Both the position numbers and the translations under genes were made by a program. Below, in pieces: positions 18,852-28,493 of a DNA stretch of 64,000 bases. The stretch's first letter is position 1; every line of letters begins with the position of its first letter. The stretch spans positions 3,870-67,869 of the forward strand of contig JAJCZF010000073.1 in assembly GCA_029262535.1 (NCBI GenBank), in the 5' to 3' direction. This DNA comes from Deltaproteobacteria bacterium (lineage in GTDB: Bacteria; Desulfobacterota; GWC2-55-46; JAJCZF01). The notes below the pieces were generated by a model that saw nothing but the letters and a program-made list of their open reading frames with translations, did no database searches and had not been told where the DNA came from.

Positions 18852-20902
18852 GCCTTCATCTCCTTAATGCGTTCGGCTGAGAGCCTTCCGAGTTCGCTCT
18901 CCGAGTTAAGCTCAACGGCCCTCTGCCATGCATTTAAGGCCGGCTCGCGCCTGTCGAGTTTGTAGTTTGATTCGCCGATCAGGTATAGGGCCCTCTGCTT
19001 CTTAGAGAGCTCCGACTGCTCCACTAAGAGCGGCTCTGCCTTCTTCATTACCCTAAGCGTATTTTTATAATCCTTTAATTTAAAGTAAGACTCGCCGAGC
19101 GAGGTCATGGCGCGAAGGCGAATAGCTGCTTCCTCCAGCTCGTTATATAGTCCGATTATCTCGTTATATACCCTTACGCTGCCTTTGTCGTCGCCATAAA
19201 GGGACATCGTATCGGCCTCTTTAAAGTATATCTCCGGGTCCTTTAATACAGAGCCTGCCTGCTCGTAAAAGAAGGCGGCCTCGCGGTAACGCGCAAGCCT
19301 GTAATAGTAGTCGGCCATGAGGAGCTTGCTATCTGCCTCAAGCCTTTGCTCACGTTCGTTACGCGGTTTCATCTCCTTTAACCAGCGCTCGGCCTCTTCG
19401 ACCTCTCCGAGACCGATATGGGCTCGTATAAGGCCTGAAACAGCCTTTCGGTCGCTCTGGCGGCCTTCACCTATAACGAGCTTTTCAAATATCTTTTTCG
19501 ACTCGGACGGTAGGCCCGCATCCATAAAGGCCGTGGCTATCATGATATTTGCGCGCCGCTGCCGCACATATTTTTTAAATTTATAATAGGCGTTAAGCAC
19601 CCCCTCATAGTCATTCTTGGCATAAGGGTCGGCTATCGTTTTGTATATATAACGGTCTATGACGACCCAAATATCTTTAACCCAGGGGTTTTTCGGGTAA
19701 TATTGCAAAAAGTCCTCAATACGAGCAAATGCCTTCTCTCCCTGCCCGCTATGGTCGTATAGATATATAAAATATAGAGGTAGGGAGCGACTCATCTCAA
19801 GGCGGGGAGGAAAGATCTCGTCCTCAAGATCGAGAAGCAGGAGTATCGATTTTTCGTACTTATTTTCTAACATTCGCAGTTCGGCAAAGGCCAGGGTTCG
19901 CATGATGAAACCCTCGTCCGCAGTCGGCTCTTTTTTAGAGGGGTCGCTCCATCGATTAGAACGTATCTCATTATAGAGCAATTCCGCCTGCTTATAATCG
20001 CCGCGTTTAACCGCTATATCTCCAAGGCGCAAGTTGGCGTAAGAGAGGAGCTGAATATTCTCTTGCGCCGCAGCGTAGTCGTGGATCTTTCTAAAAATAA
20101 GTTCCGCCGATATCAGGCGGCCAAGATTCATGTGGTTTTCTGCGCGTACAAAGCTATAGGCCGGGTCGAGCAGGCCGTCCGCGTCAAGCTTTGAGAATAT
20201 CACCTCGGCGTAGGCGTGCTTGCCAAAGCCATAGAGCATGACTGCGTGTCCGGCCAGAGCCGTAGACCAGAGCTTTACCTCTTCACTCTCTGAAAAGACC
20301 TTATAAAAGCCCTTATCGGCCTTTACCATCTCAATAACCGAACCGTAGTTAATGGCGTCTATCGACTTTAGAAAAGAGCTTCTAAGAAGCGTCCTGAGTT
20401 GAAATTCGCTTAACGGCTTCTCCTTCGCAAGTCTTTCACTTAGCAAAGGTGGCGACGCCTCCTCAGTGACTTCGGGCTTATCTCCATAAGGGTCTTCTTC
20501 AATGCGCTTATAATATCCGAGTGCTTCGGGGGTAAGGCCGAAGCTCTCGTAGATAAGGGCAATAGCGAAATAGATCTCGTCGGTATCGGGCGGCCCCAAG
20601 TCCGTGGCCATATCCCTAAGCGTATTGACCGAGTCGCGCCAGTCCTCTTCGTAGCGAAGTTTGACGGCTTTTCTGACGTTATAGTCGTCAAATCTTATCT
20701 CTTCAAGATCCTTCTTGGCATTCATAATGTGCATATCATAGAAAAACTTGTCTCTATAATAGTTTCTCCAGACCGACTTTTTAGAGTCGAGCGCGTGTAC
20801 GACACTGGGCGTAAAGCCAGCGTGGACAAGGGCTGGCAGCGAGACCACCCCACAGGTAATGGCAAATATTATAAGAAAAATTTTAGAGAAACTCTTTGAC
20901 AC
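18830..20902 (-). CDS. Exported tetratricopeptide-repeat protein in flagellar regulatory operon
   Basis: N-terminal signal peptide, multiple TPR-like helices (ALYLIGESNYKL, LRLGDIAVKRGDYKQA); overlaps the kinase start. Confidence 0.8.
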   Translation of the reverse strand: MSKSFSKIFLIIFAITCGVVSLPALVHAGFTPSVVHALDSKKSVWRNYYRDKFFYDMHIMNAKKDLEEIRFDDYNVRKAVKLRYEEDWRDSVNTLRDMATDLGPPDTDEIYFAIALIYESFGLTPEALGYYKRIEEDPYGDKPEVTEEASPPLLSERLAKEKPLSEFQLRTLLRSSFLKSIDAINYGSVIEMVKADKGFYKVFSESEEVKLWSTALAGHAVMLYGFGKHAYAEVIFSKLDADGLLDPAYSFVRAENHMNLGRLISAELIFRKIHDYAAAQENIQLLSYANLRLGDIAVKRGDYKQAELLYNEIRSNRWSDPSKKEPTADEGFIMRTLAFAELRMLENKYEKSILLLLDLEDEIFPPRLEMSRSLPLYFIYLYDHSGQGEKAFARIEDFLQYYPKNPWVKDIWVVIDRYIYKTIADPYAKNDYEGVLNAYYKFKKYVRQRRANIMIATAFMDAGLPSESKKIFEKLVIGEGRQSDRKAVSGLIRAHIGLGEVEEAERWLKEMKPRNEREQRLEADSKLLMADYYYRLARYREAAFFYEQAGSVLKDPEIYFKEADTMSLYGDDKGSVRVYNEIIGLYNELEEAAIRLRAMTSLGESYFKLKDYKNTLRVMKKAEPLLVEQSELSKKQRALYLIGESNYKLDRREPALNAWQRAVELNSESELGRLSAERIKEMKAWDAART

Positions 20903-20948
20903 GCGTAACTATCCTCCTTATCCGGCAAATATGCATTTAAAGATAAAC

Positions 20949-20963
20949 GCAATTTACGTGCCA
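20949..20963 (-). promoter_or_regulatory. Sigma54 -24/-12 promoter for TPR-kinase-regulator operon
   Basis: Minus strand TGGCAC-GTAAA-TTGC about 45 bp upstream of the GTG start, with AAGGAGG RBS. Confidence 0.88.
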
Positions 20964-21182
20964 GGAACGCGCTATGAAGAAGCCCGGACTCTTATCGGGC
21001 CCTTAAAAGAGAGCAAAGACGATTTTTTTATTATACCAAATAACCGATTGAAAAAATAGCAGAGTAAGAAAGATGTAGAGAGGTTTCATTAGATGGCGCA
21101 CAAAATACAAAGGAAGCCTTTTACAACGTCGCTCTTTTTATAGGAGCTTTATCTGCCTGAGAGACATTTACGGCGCTCCCAA

Positions 21183-22067
21183 CTACTTACTCATCAACCA
21201 TAGTAGTAATAACGGCGTCGAGACGAGGCTTATCAGCGTGCTCATGGCTATGGCCGATGCGACCAGTTCGCTCTGAAGTTTATACTTGTGGCTCATGACA
21301 AAGTTTATCACCGCCGCGGGCATAGCGGAGGAGAGTATAATGACCTTTTGGCTAACGCCGCCAATGCCGAGTAGCTCCGTTATGAAATATGCCGCGACAA
21401 AACCGCCTATTATCCGTATGAGCGAAGAGATGATCGAGTCGCCAAGGTGTGTGATACGGGTCGAATAGAGCCTGTATCCGAGCGCGATCTGCATGAGCGG
21501 TATGGTCGCCGCCCCTAGCATCGTCGTAGCCGTTAGAGCCTCGTCGGGCAGCTCTATATCCAAAAGATTTAATGTGAGCGCAAAGGCGGCGGCATAGATG
21601 AGCGGCAGCTTAAAGATCTCTTTTATGCCGTCTGACCCCTTGCAGATATAAACACCAAGCGTATAGACCGAAAGCCCAACGGTGATATAATAGAGGACCG
21701 CAACGCTTAGCCCCTCTGCGCCAAAGGCAAGCAAGGCAAGCGGAAAGGCCATATTGCCCGAATTCATAAATATAGTCGGCAGGTAGAAGCCCCTAAGCTC
21801 ACGTTTACCAGTAAGGCGCAGATATATATAGGATATAATTGCCGTAATAGCTATAACAAAGATAACCGATATGGCGACATGCAAGAGCTCTGAAACGTAG
21901 AACTTCCTCTCCGACAGAGAAGATATAACAAGCGCCGGTATCGTTATATAGAGCAGTATCTCTATTATAGGCTCAAGGCTGATCTTCTTAAAGCGGGCAA
22001 AGAGAAACCCCACGCCTATGACGACGAAGACCGGAAAAACTACTGAAAATACATCTACTAAGGGCAT
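21183..22067 (-). CDS. AEC (auxin efflux carrier/malonate permease) family transporter
   Basis: ~10 TM, N.GNMAFPL and AMPAAV motifs. Confidence 0.88.
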   Translation of the reverse strand: MPLVDVFSVVFPVFVVIGVGFLFARFKKISLEPIIEILLYITIPALVISSLSERKFYVSELLHVAISVIFVIAITAIISYIYLRLTGKRELRGFYLPTIFMNSGNMAFPLALLAFGAEGLSVAVLYYITVGLSVYTLGVYICKGSDGIKEIFKLPLIYAAAFALTLNLLDIELPDEALTATTMLGAATIPLMQIALGYRLYSTRITHLGDSIISSLIRIIGGFVAAYFITELLGIGGVSQKVIILSSAMPAAVINFVMSHKYKLQSELVASAIAMSTLISLVSTPLLLLWLMSK

Positions 22068-22245
22068 CTCTCTCTTCTTTCTTAGAGTTTCTTCTCTATA
22101 TCATATGGTAACATGTGACACGGGCAGGGTAAAGCCGTCAGTATGAATTTACTACCCTCATGGCTACTGGCCAATAATGGATTGAATAAAAAGCCCCCCT
22201 GTGGTTGAATGGCATTCAACCCTAATCTTATTCGAGAGGCCTTTT

Positions 22246-23316
22246 ATGCGATACTTGACCGGACTATTTAAGACCATAAAACCCGTTACGACCCTTATAG
22301 CGCTTTCACTCCTAATCTTTACATACGGATGCAGTGATTATACGACCGCCGATAAGACCGGTTCTTCCAAGACCGAGCCCCAGGCCGAACTAACAAAGGT
22401 CATAGCGGTCGGTTCGCAGTGGTACGGGCATATCCCCACATTCGTAGGCATAGAAAAGGGTTTTTTTAAAGAGGCCGGTTTCGACCTTGAGTGGCGTTTT
22501 ATCGGAAAGTCAATGGACCGCCTGAACGCCATCTCTTCCGGTGAAGCTCAATTCGCCTCTCTAGGCGAGATCGCCATGCTTAGCGCAATGGCCCACGGCA
22601 ACAAGCGTTTTTACTGGGTAGGCAATCAGGATATCGCTCCGGGCTTCGAAGGGCTTGTGGGCGGACCGGGTATAAAGACTTTCGCAGACCTCAAGGGTAA
22701 AAAGATCGGCTTCCCCTTCGGCTCGTCCGTGGATATCACCGGCCGCACCCTGCTTAAGGCCAACGGCCTCGTGCCCGGACGCGATGTCGAGCTGGTCAAT
22801 CTCGAAGTCGGCGACGTACCGGCGGTGCTTCGCGCAGGTAACGTAGACGCCGCTCTCATATGGGAGCCGGGTTTTTCTCAACTAAAGGCCGTCGAAGGGA
22901 TGACCGTGCTCGGCATGGACACAGATACCGACATCTATAAAAAGTTCCATACAATGACAGGCCCCGACGTGCTCATACTGGGCAAAAAATGGACAGATAA
23001 CGACCCTGCGCGGGCAAAGAGATTTCTTACGGCATACTTTAAGGCCATAGACTTTGTAAAAAATAATCCAGAAAAGACCGCAGAGATAGTCCAGGGTAAA
23101 TATGTACAGCAAGACCTTGAACTATTAACAAAGAACCTGAAACGCTTCAAGTGGCTCGGCGCGGCCGATCAGGCAAAGGTCATGACCGAGAGCGGCATCT
23201 ACGGACAGGCCGACTATGTTACAGAGATTCTAAAGAACGACATAAAGGCGATACCCGAAAAACCCGACTTTAGAAAATGGGTCAATCTTGAGGTCATACC
23301 GTCTGGCTCGAACTGA
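22246..23316 (+). CDS. ABC transporter substrate-binding lipoprotein, SsuA/TauA/NMT1 family
   Basis: Lipobox TYGC, EKGFFKEAG, DLKGKKIG, GNVDAALIWEP; ATG at 22246 follows GAGAGG. Confidence 0.88.
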   Translation: MRYLTGLFKTIKPVTTLIALSLLIFTYGCSDYTTADKTGSSKTEPQAELTKVIAVGSQWYGHIPTFVGIEKGFFKEAGFDLEWRFIGKSMDRLNAISSGEAQFASLGEIAMLSAMAHGNKRFYWVGNQDIAPGFEGLVGGPGIKTFADLKGKKIGFPFGSSVDITGRTLLKANGLVPGRDVELVNLEVGDVPAVLRAGNVDAALIWEPGFSQLKAVEGMTVLGMDTDTDIYKKFHTMTGPDVLILGKKWTDNDPARAKRFLTAYFKAIDFVKNNPEKTAEIVQGKYVQQDLELLTKNLKRFKWLGAADQAKVMTESGIYGQADYVTEILKNDIKAIPEKPDFRKWVNLEVIPSGSN

Positions 23317-23325
23317 TAAACTTTT

Positions 23326-24117
23326 GTGAAGAATAAGAAAAATTTCGAACTCTGGCAGGTCGCCGTTATCGGTTCTGTCGGCCTGATAGTCTTTCTCACC
23401 GTATGGGAAGGTGCGGTCAGGTCTGGGCTGATCGACGCATTCTTTCTGCCACCGCCGTCGGCTGTCCTGAAGCGCATGATCCAGCTCTCTACCGGAACCG
23501 ACGCGGTCCTTCTGCGCGACATACGGGTCAGCGCCGTGCGCGTCCTTGTCGGCTTTGCGCTTAGCGCCCTTGTCGGCGTACCGGCGGGGCTACTTATGGG
23601 CATCAGCCCGACGATGCGCGCCTTCTTCAACCCCGTTATCTCAATTATCAGGCCTTTGCCGGCGCTTAGCTGGATTCCGCTCTCCATGCTCTGGCTCGGC
23701 ATCGGCGAAGAGCAAAAATACGCCATAGTATTTATGGGTTGCTTTGCATCGGTACTCGTCTATACGACAGACGCGACGATGCGTGTTGATCCGCTGCTCT
23801 CACTCGCCGCCCGTAACCTCGGAGCCAAAAGGCTTCAGGTCATACGCCACGTAATACTGCCCGGCGCGCTGCCCAATATACTTAGCGGCCTGAAGGTAGT
23901 GCTTGCAATCGCATGGACCTGCGTCATCTCGGCCGAGATGGTCGGGGCCAATGTCGGCCTTGGTTTTCGCATATGGACCGCAAAGGAATGGTCCGATACA
24001 GGGCAGGTGCTGGTCGGCATGATATCGATAAGCATTACCGTGCTTCTGCTCGACATACTCTTTCGCCTGGTTGAACGCGCCCTGCTTCCGTGGCAAAAAC
24101 ATGGAGTCCACAGGTGA
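23326..24117 (+). CDS. ABC transporter permease, SsuC/TauC family
   Basis: LPPPSAV, RPLPALSWIPL, EAA-like AARNLGA, AEMVG. Confidence 0.92.
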   Translation: MKNKKNFELWQVAVIGSVGLIVFLTVWEGAVRSGLIDAFFLPPPSAVLKRMIQLSTGTDAVLLRDIRVSAVRVLVGFALSALVGVPAGLLMGISPTMRAFFNPVISIIRPLPALSWIPLSMLWLGIGEEQKYAIVFMGCFASVLVYTTDATMRVDPLLSLAARNLGAKRLQVIRHVILPGALPNILSGLKVVLAIAWTCVISAEMVGANVGLGFRIWTAKEWSDTGQVLVGMISISITVLLLDILFRLVERALLPWQKHGVHR

Positions 24118-24902
24118 CGGAAACTCTTATCAAAATACAAAATGTCTCCATGACATTTGAAACGCGAAAAGGCCGTGTCGAGGCGGTCAGCGACTTTTCA
24201 CTCGACATCGAGCGCGGAGAGTTTGTCTGCATCGTCGGCGCGGCGGGTTGCGGAAAGTCCACGTTATTAAATATGCTCGCCGGGTTCGTCCAACCGACAG
24301 GCGGTTCGATCTCTCTCGACGGAGATATCATAAAGAGTGTCGAACCACGTTGCGGTATCATATTTCAAAACTACGCGCTTATGCCGTGGATGACGGTACT
24401 CGATAATGTCTCGTTCGGCCCTCGCCTCAAATATATATCTAAAAAAGAACGCCACGCGGCGGCTCGCCTCTGGATAGAGAAGGTCGGCCTAAAAGGTTTT
24501 GAAGATGCCTATCCGGGCGAGCTATCGGGCGGCATGCAACAGCGCGTCGCCCTATCGCGCGCCCTTGCAAACGAGCCGGACGTGCTGCTCTGCGACGAGC
24601 CATTCGCCGCGCTCGACGCCATGACGCGCCAGCTCATGCAAGAAGAACTCGTACGCATCCAGCGCGACACAGGCAAGACAGTCCTATTCATCACACACTC
24701 AATAGACGAGGCCCTCTTGCTTAGCGACCGTGTAGTCGTCATGAGCGCGCGACCGGGCCGCGTCAAGGCCGTATACAAAAATGATCTGCCTCATCCGCGA
24801 AAGATGGAGGTGCAGATCTCGGAACGTTTTCTGGAATTAAAGAGAGAAGTATGGGACCTGGTGCAGGAAGAGGTAATGAGATCGATCCGGGAGCGAGCGT
24901 GA
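24114..24902 (+). CDS. ABC transporter ATP-binding protein, SsuB/TauB family
   Basis: GAAGCGKST Walker A, LSGGMQQR, DEPFAALD, ITH; GTGA overlap with the permease stop. Confidence 0.93.
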   Translation: MTETLIKIQNVSMTFETRKGRVEAVSDFSLDIERGEFVCIVGAAGCGKSTLLNMLAGFVQPTGGSISLDGDIIKSVEPRCGIIFQNYALMPWMTVLDNVSFGPRLKYISKKERHAAARLWIEKVGLKGFEDAYPGELSGGMQQRVALSRALANEPDVLLCDEPFAALDAMTRQLMQEELVRIQRDTGKTVLFITHSIDEALLLSDRVVVMSARPGRVKAVYKNDLPHPRKMEVQISERFLELKREVWDLVQEEVMRSIRERA

Positions 24903-24979
24903 TCAAGTAACGCTGTAACGCGGACAAGAAAGCCGGGCTACTAAGAACTTACCGCGCGAAAGAAACATACGACTGTCTG

Positions 24980-25030
24980 TGGGACCTGGTGCAGGAAGAG
25001 GTAATGCGCTCAATCAGGGAACGCGCTTAA
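24980..25030 (+). repeat. Duplicated, synonymously recoded 3' end of the ABC ATPase gene
   Basis: 27 bp identical to 24852-24878, then different codons encoding the same RSIRERA-stop. Confidence 0.9.
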
Positions 25031-25267
25031 CCACAGAGGTGTGGCTTTTATCTCGCCCACACAGGTGTGGTTTTTATCTCGCGGAGCGAATTCTTTATGA
25101 AGCACTAATCTGTCGCCCGCGTCTTTAGTTGGTTGCGACTTGACAGGTAGTTTAGAGTGCTCTTAGTTCTCGCGCGGATTTGCCAGACACTACTCAACTT
25201 ACATTATTAGAATTTTCTTATCTCAATCGTGCCCTAGAGTTTTCGCTACGCTCAAAATGACAAGTTT

Positions 25268-26257
25268 TTATCTTATCTTGATTAGCGAGCGCGACCTGCG
25301 GGCCGACTCCATGGCCTGCCTTGTTGCTGCGGCGTAACCGTGCATCTCAAGCCGCTCGAATAGGACAAGCGCCTCTTCGTAGTAGCGAAGGGCCTTTGCA
25401 TACTGGCCGAGTTTTCTATAGGCCTCGCCCATATTTATCAGACAGGCCGATTCTATCTTCGGCTCTTCTATCGCCCTGGCTACGATGATCGCCTCTTCAT
25501 AACTTTCAACAGCACGCGCATAGTCGCCGAGCGCGTCGTATATAGAGCCTATATTATTCAGGCCGTGCGCCACCTCTCGCGGAGTACCAACCTCGCGTGA
25601 AATCTCCAAAGACTCTTCATAGTACTTCAGAGCCTCTTGATAGTTGCCAACCGAATCATATACCGCGCCGATATTATTCAGGCTAGCGCCGAGGTTTTCC
25701 CTTATATTAAGTTTGCGCGTAAGCTCAAGCGCCTCGCCGTGATAACGCAGGGCCTTTACATACTCGCCGAGCGCGTCGTAGACGAGGCCCAGGTTATTGA
25801 GGGTGATCGCAAGCGCCTCGGTATTATCAATCTTTCGAAGTATCTCAAGGGCGTCGTAGTAATATGGCAGCGACTTTTCAAGATTGCCGCGGTTACGGTA
25901 GACCTCTCCGATATTATTTAAGGAGGCGGCGATATTCTCCTGCTTGCCGTGTTCGCGTATAAGGGCGAGCGCCATATTATGATAATGAAGCGCCTCGTCA
26001 AAGCGTTTCATATATTCGTAGGAGAGGCCGATATTATTATAGTTGGCAGCGATATCGTCCGGGCTGCCGATCTCTTCGTAGATGACGATGGCCTCTTCGT
26101 AATGTTTGATCGCAGAGACATACCACCCCATAGCCCGCGCCTCGTCCCCAAGCTGATGACGCTCCACCGCCGCGACCTTCAACTGCAAACCGGCGCAGGA
26201 GAAGAGCAGGAGGGGGAGGATGAGAGTTACTAGGATTTTGGAGAGAGGTTGTTTCAT
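25268..26257 (-). CDS. Tetratricopeptide-repeat lipoprotein
   Basis: Lipobox LFSC; about six 40-aa TPR repeats (ASLNNIG.VY...G.Y.EAL.YY.EAL). Confidence 0.9.
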   Translation of the reverse strand: MKQPLSKILVTLILPLLLFSCAGLQLKVAAVERHQLGDEARAMGWYVSAIKHYEEAIVIYEEIGSPDDIAANYNNIGLSYEYMKRFDEALHYHNMALALIREHGKQENIAASLNNIGEVYRNRGNLEKSLPYYYDALEILRKIDNTEALAITLNNLGLVYDALGEYVKALRYHGEALELTRKLNIRENLGASLNNIGAVYDSVGNYQEALKYYEESLEISREVGTPREVAHGLNNIGSIYDALGDYARAVESYEEAIIVARAIEEPKIESACLINMGEAYRKLGQYAKALRYYEEALVLFERLEMHGYAAATRQAMESARRSRSLIKIR

Positions 26258-26412
26258 GAGGAGACTCTAGTTTACCTCGGCCTGCATGGACTTTTTAAAC
26301 GAGTCGATCAGCCCCATAGTAACGGGAACAGACTTCATATTTTCTCTTGATATAAGAAATGTTCTACGCACGGTGGCGTACTCCTTTATCTCTAATAATA
26401 AAAGAAACAAGA

Positions 26413-26443
26413 AACGCCGCCGGAGAGTTCCTCCGGCGGCGTT
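26413..26443 (-). terminator. Intrinsic terminator after pycB
   Basis: 13-bp stem AACGCCGCCGGAG/CTCCGGCGGCGTT followed on minus strand by TCTTGTTTCTTTT. Confidence 0.75.
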
Positions 26444-26477
26444 CTATTTAAAGAGTATATCGTTCTAACGCCGCCCG

Positions 26478-28379
26478 CTACGCAGGTTCGACCACTACCA
26501 GTGTCTCGTCGGGGTTTACCGCGTCGCCGACCTTTACTAGTATCTCTTTTACAGTGCCGGTGATGGGGGTGTGGACTTCGTTCTCCATCTTCATGGCTTC
26601 GACTATGAGGCAGGTGTCGCCCTCTTCTACCGCGTCGCCTTCGGCTACTTTTATAGAGGTTACCTTGCCCGGTACGGGGGTGGTGACGTCGCCCTCGCCC
26701 TTGGCCTTGGGACGGCTCGACTGCGGGGTCGACTCAGCCTCAATCTGTCCGGCTGTCGATGGTATCACCTCGGTAAGCGACTCTATGGTAAGCTCTTCGA
26801 GGCGGCCGTCTACCTTGAGGAAGAAGGGACGCTTTCCGGCTACGCGGTGGCCCGCTCCGGCTACCTTTATATGAAAGGTCTCGCCGTGCACGGTGATATT
26901 AAACTCGCTCGGCGCAAGATGCGGCGCGTGATGTTCAGGGGTGATTACGCCACTGGCCTCTGCGTCCATCTCAAGCGACTCCGGCTCAAGCGTGCCCGAC
27001 TCGCGCTGCTCGAAATACTCCATAGCAACGACAGGAAAGAGGGCGTATGAGAGCATATCTTCAGTAGTCTTTATATTTGGGTCGTTCTTTCTTCCTATCG
27101 CGTCAAGTTCCGGCTCCAAGAGATCGGCGGGGCGACAGGTGATCGGCTTCTCGTCGCCGATGGCGATCTTACGCGCCTCTTCATCGACCTCGCCCGGAGC
27201 CTTTCCGTATAACCCTTTAAAGTAATTACGCGTCTCGGTAGTTATGACCTTATAACGTTCGCCCATCAAGACGTTTAGTGTCGCCTGGGTGCCGACGACC
27301 TGGCTCGACGGGGTGACGAGCGGCGGATAACCCATATCTTTTCTAACGCGCGGTATCTCGTCAAAGACGTCGCGCATCTTGTCGAGCGCGCCCTGTTCCC
27401 TGAGTTGGTTGGCAAGATTAGAAATCATGCCGCCCGGAATCTGCACAACAAGCGTCTTTGTATTTACGCCGGTATATTCGCTCTCGAACTTTTTATATTT
27501 TTTACGAATGACATGCACGCGGTCGGCGATATCCGATATCAGGTCGAGGTCCAGCCCTGTCTCATGAGGCGTGCCCTTCAGGGCGGTAATGAGCGTCTCG
27601 GTCGGCGGCTGGGCCGTGCCTGTGGACATCGAAGATATTGCCGTATCAATAATATTAGCTCCGGCCTCTATGCCCTTAAAGTAACTCATCGCGGCGAGCC
27701 CCGAAGAGTCGTGAGAGTGAATATGGATAGGAAGGTCTATATTCTTCCTCAGTTTCGTTACAAGGTCGAACGAAGCCGGGGGCGTAAGCAGGCCGGCCAT
27801 ATCTTTTATACATATTGTATCGGCGCCCAGATCGCGAAGCTTCAGGGCCATCTCGACAAAACCCTCGTGTGTATGAAAAGGGCTGGTAGTATAACAGATA
27901 CATGCCTCTACTATGGCGCGGGCCTCTTTGGCGGCGCGTATTGAAACCTCCATATTGCGCGTGTCGTTTAAGGCGTCGAAGATACGAAAGACATCGATGC
28001 CGTTACGCGCGGAGCGTTCGACAAACTTCTTTACCACGTCGTCGGCATAGTGGCGGTAACCAACTAAGTTCTGACCGCGAAGCAGCATCTGAAGGCGTGT
28101 ATTCGGGATGGCCTCGCGTAGCGCCTTGAGCCTCTCCCACGGGTCTTCCTTAAGAAAGCGCAGACACGAATCGAATGTCGCCCCGCCCCATACCTCAAGC
28201 GACCAGTAACCAACCCGGTCGAGATCCGATGCTATCTCAAGCATATCGTCGGTCCTCATCCTCGTCGCCAGAAGCGACTGGTGCGCGTCCCGAAGCACGG
28301 TATCTGTGAGATAGGTCTTTCCCGTTAATACAGTATCTTTTACGCTTCTCAGATTTTTTTCCGTCATATTAAGCTCCAT
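26478..28379 (-). CDS. pycB: Pyruvate carboxylase subunit B (carboxyltransferase plus biotin carrier)
   Basis: LRDAHQSLLATRMRT, WGGATFD, IKDMAG, HSHD, PGGMISNL, VTPSSQVVG, biotinyl EAMKM. Confidence 0.88.
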   Translation of the reverse strand: MELNMTEKNLRSVKDTVLTGKTYLTDTVLRDAHQSLLATRMRTDDMLEIASDLDRVGYWSLEVWGGATFDSCLRFLKEDPWERLKALREAIPNTRLQMLLRGQNLVGYRHYADDVVKKFVERSARNGIDVFRIFDALNDTRNMEVSIRAAKEARAIVEACICYTTSPFHTHEGFVEMALKLRDLGADTICIKDMAGLLTPPASFDLVTKLRKNIDLPIHIHSHDSSGLAAMSYFKGIEAGANIIDTAISSMSTGTAQPPTETLITALKGTPHETGLDLDLISDIADRVHVIRKKYKKFESEYTGVNTKTLVVQIPGGMISNLANQLREQGALDKMRDVFDEIPRVRKDMGYPPLVTPSSQVVGTQATLNVLMGERYKVITTETRNYFKGLYGKAPGEVDEEARKIAIGDEKPITCRPADLLEPELDAIGRKNDPNIKTTEDMLSYALFPVVAMEYFEQRESGTLEPESLEMDAEASGVITPEHHAPHLAPSEFNITVHGETFHIKVAGAGHRVAGKRPFFLKVDGRLEELTIESLTEVIPSTAGQIEAESTPQSSRPKAKGEGDVTTPVPGKVTSIKVAEGDAVEEGDTCLIVEAMKMENEVHTPITGTVKEILVKVGDAVNPDETLVVVEPA

Positions 28380-28493
28380 TGCTTTACTAATAATGTCTTT
28401 ATTAAAATCCTTTATTGCCTAAAGGTTCGAGCGAAGATTCTAACTCGACCCTCACTTAAAATTACTTTGGGATCATTGCTCCACCGCAGGTGG

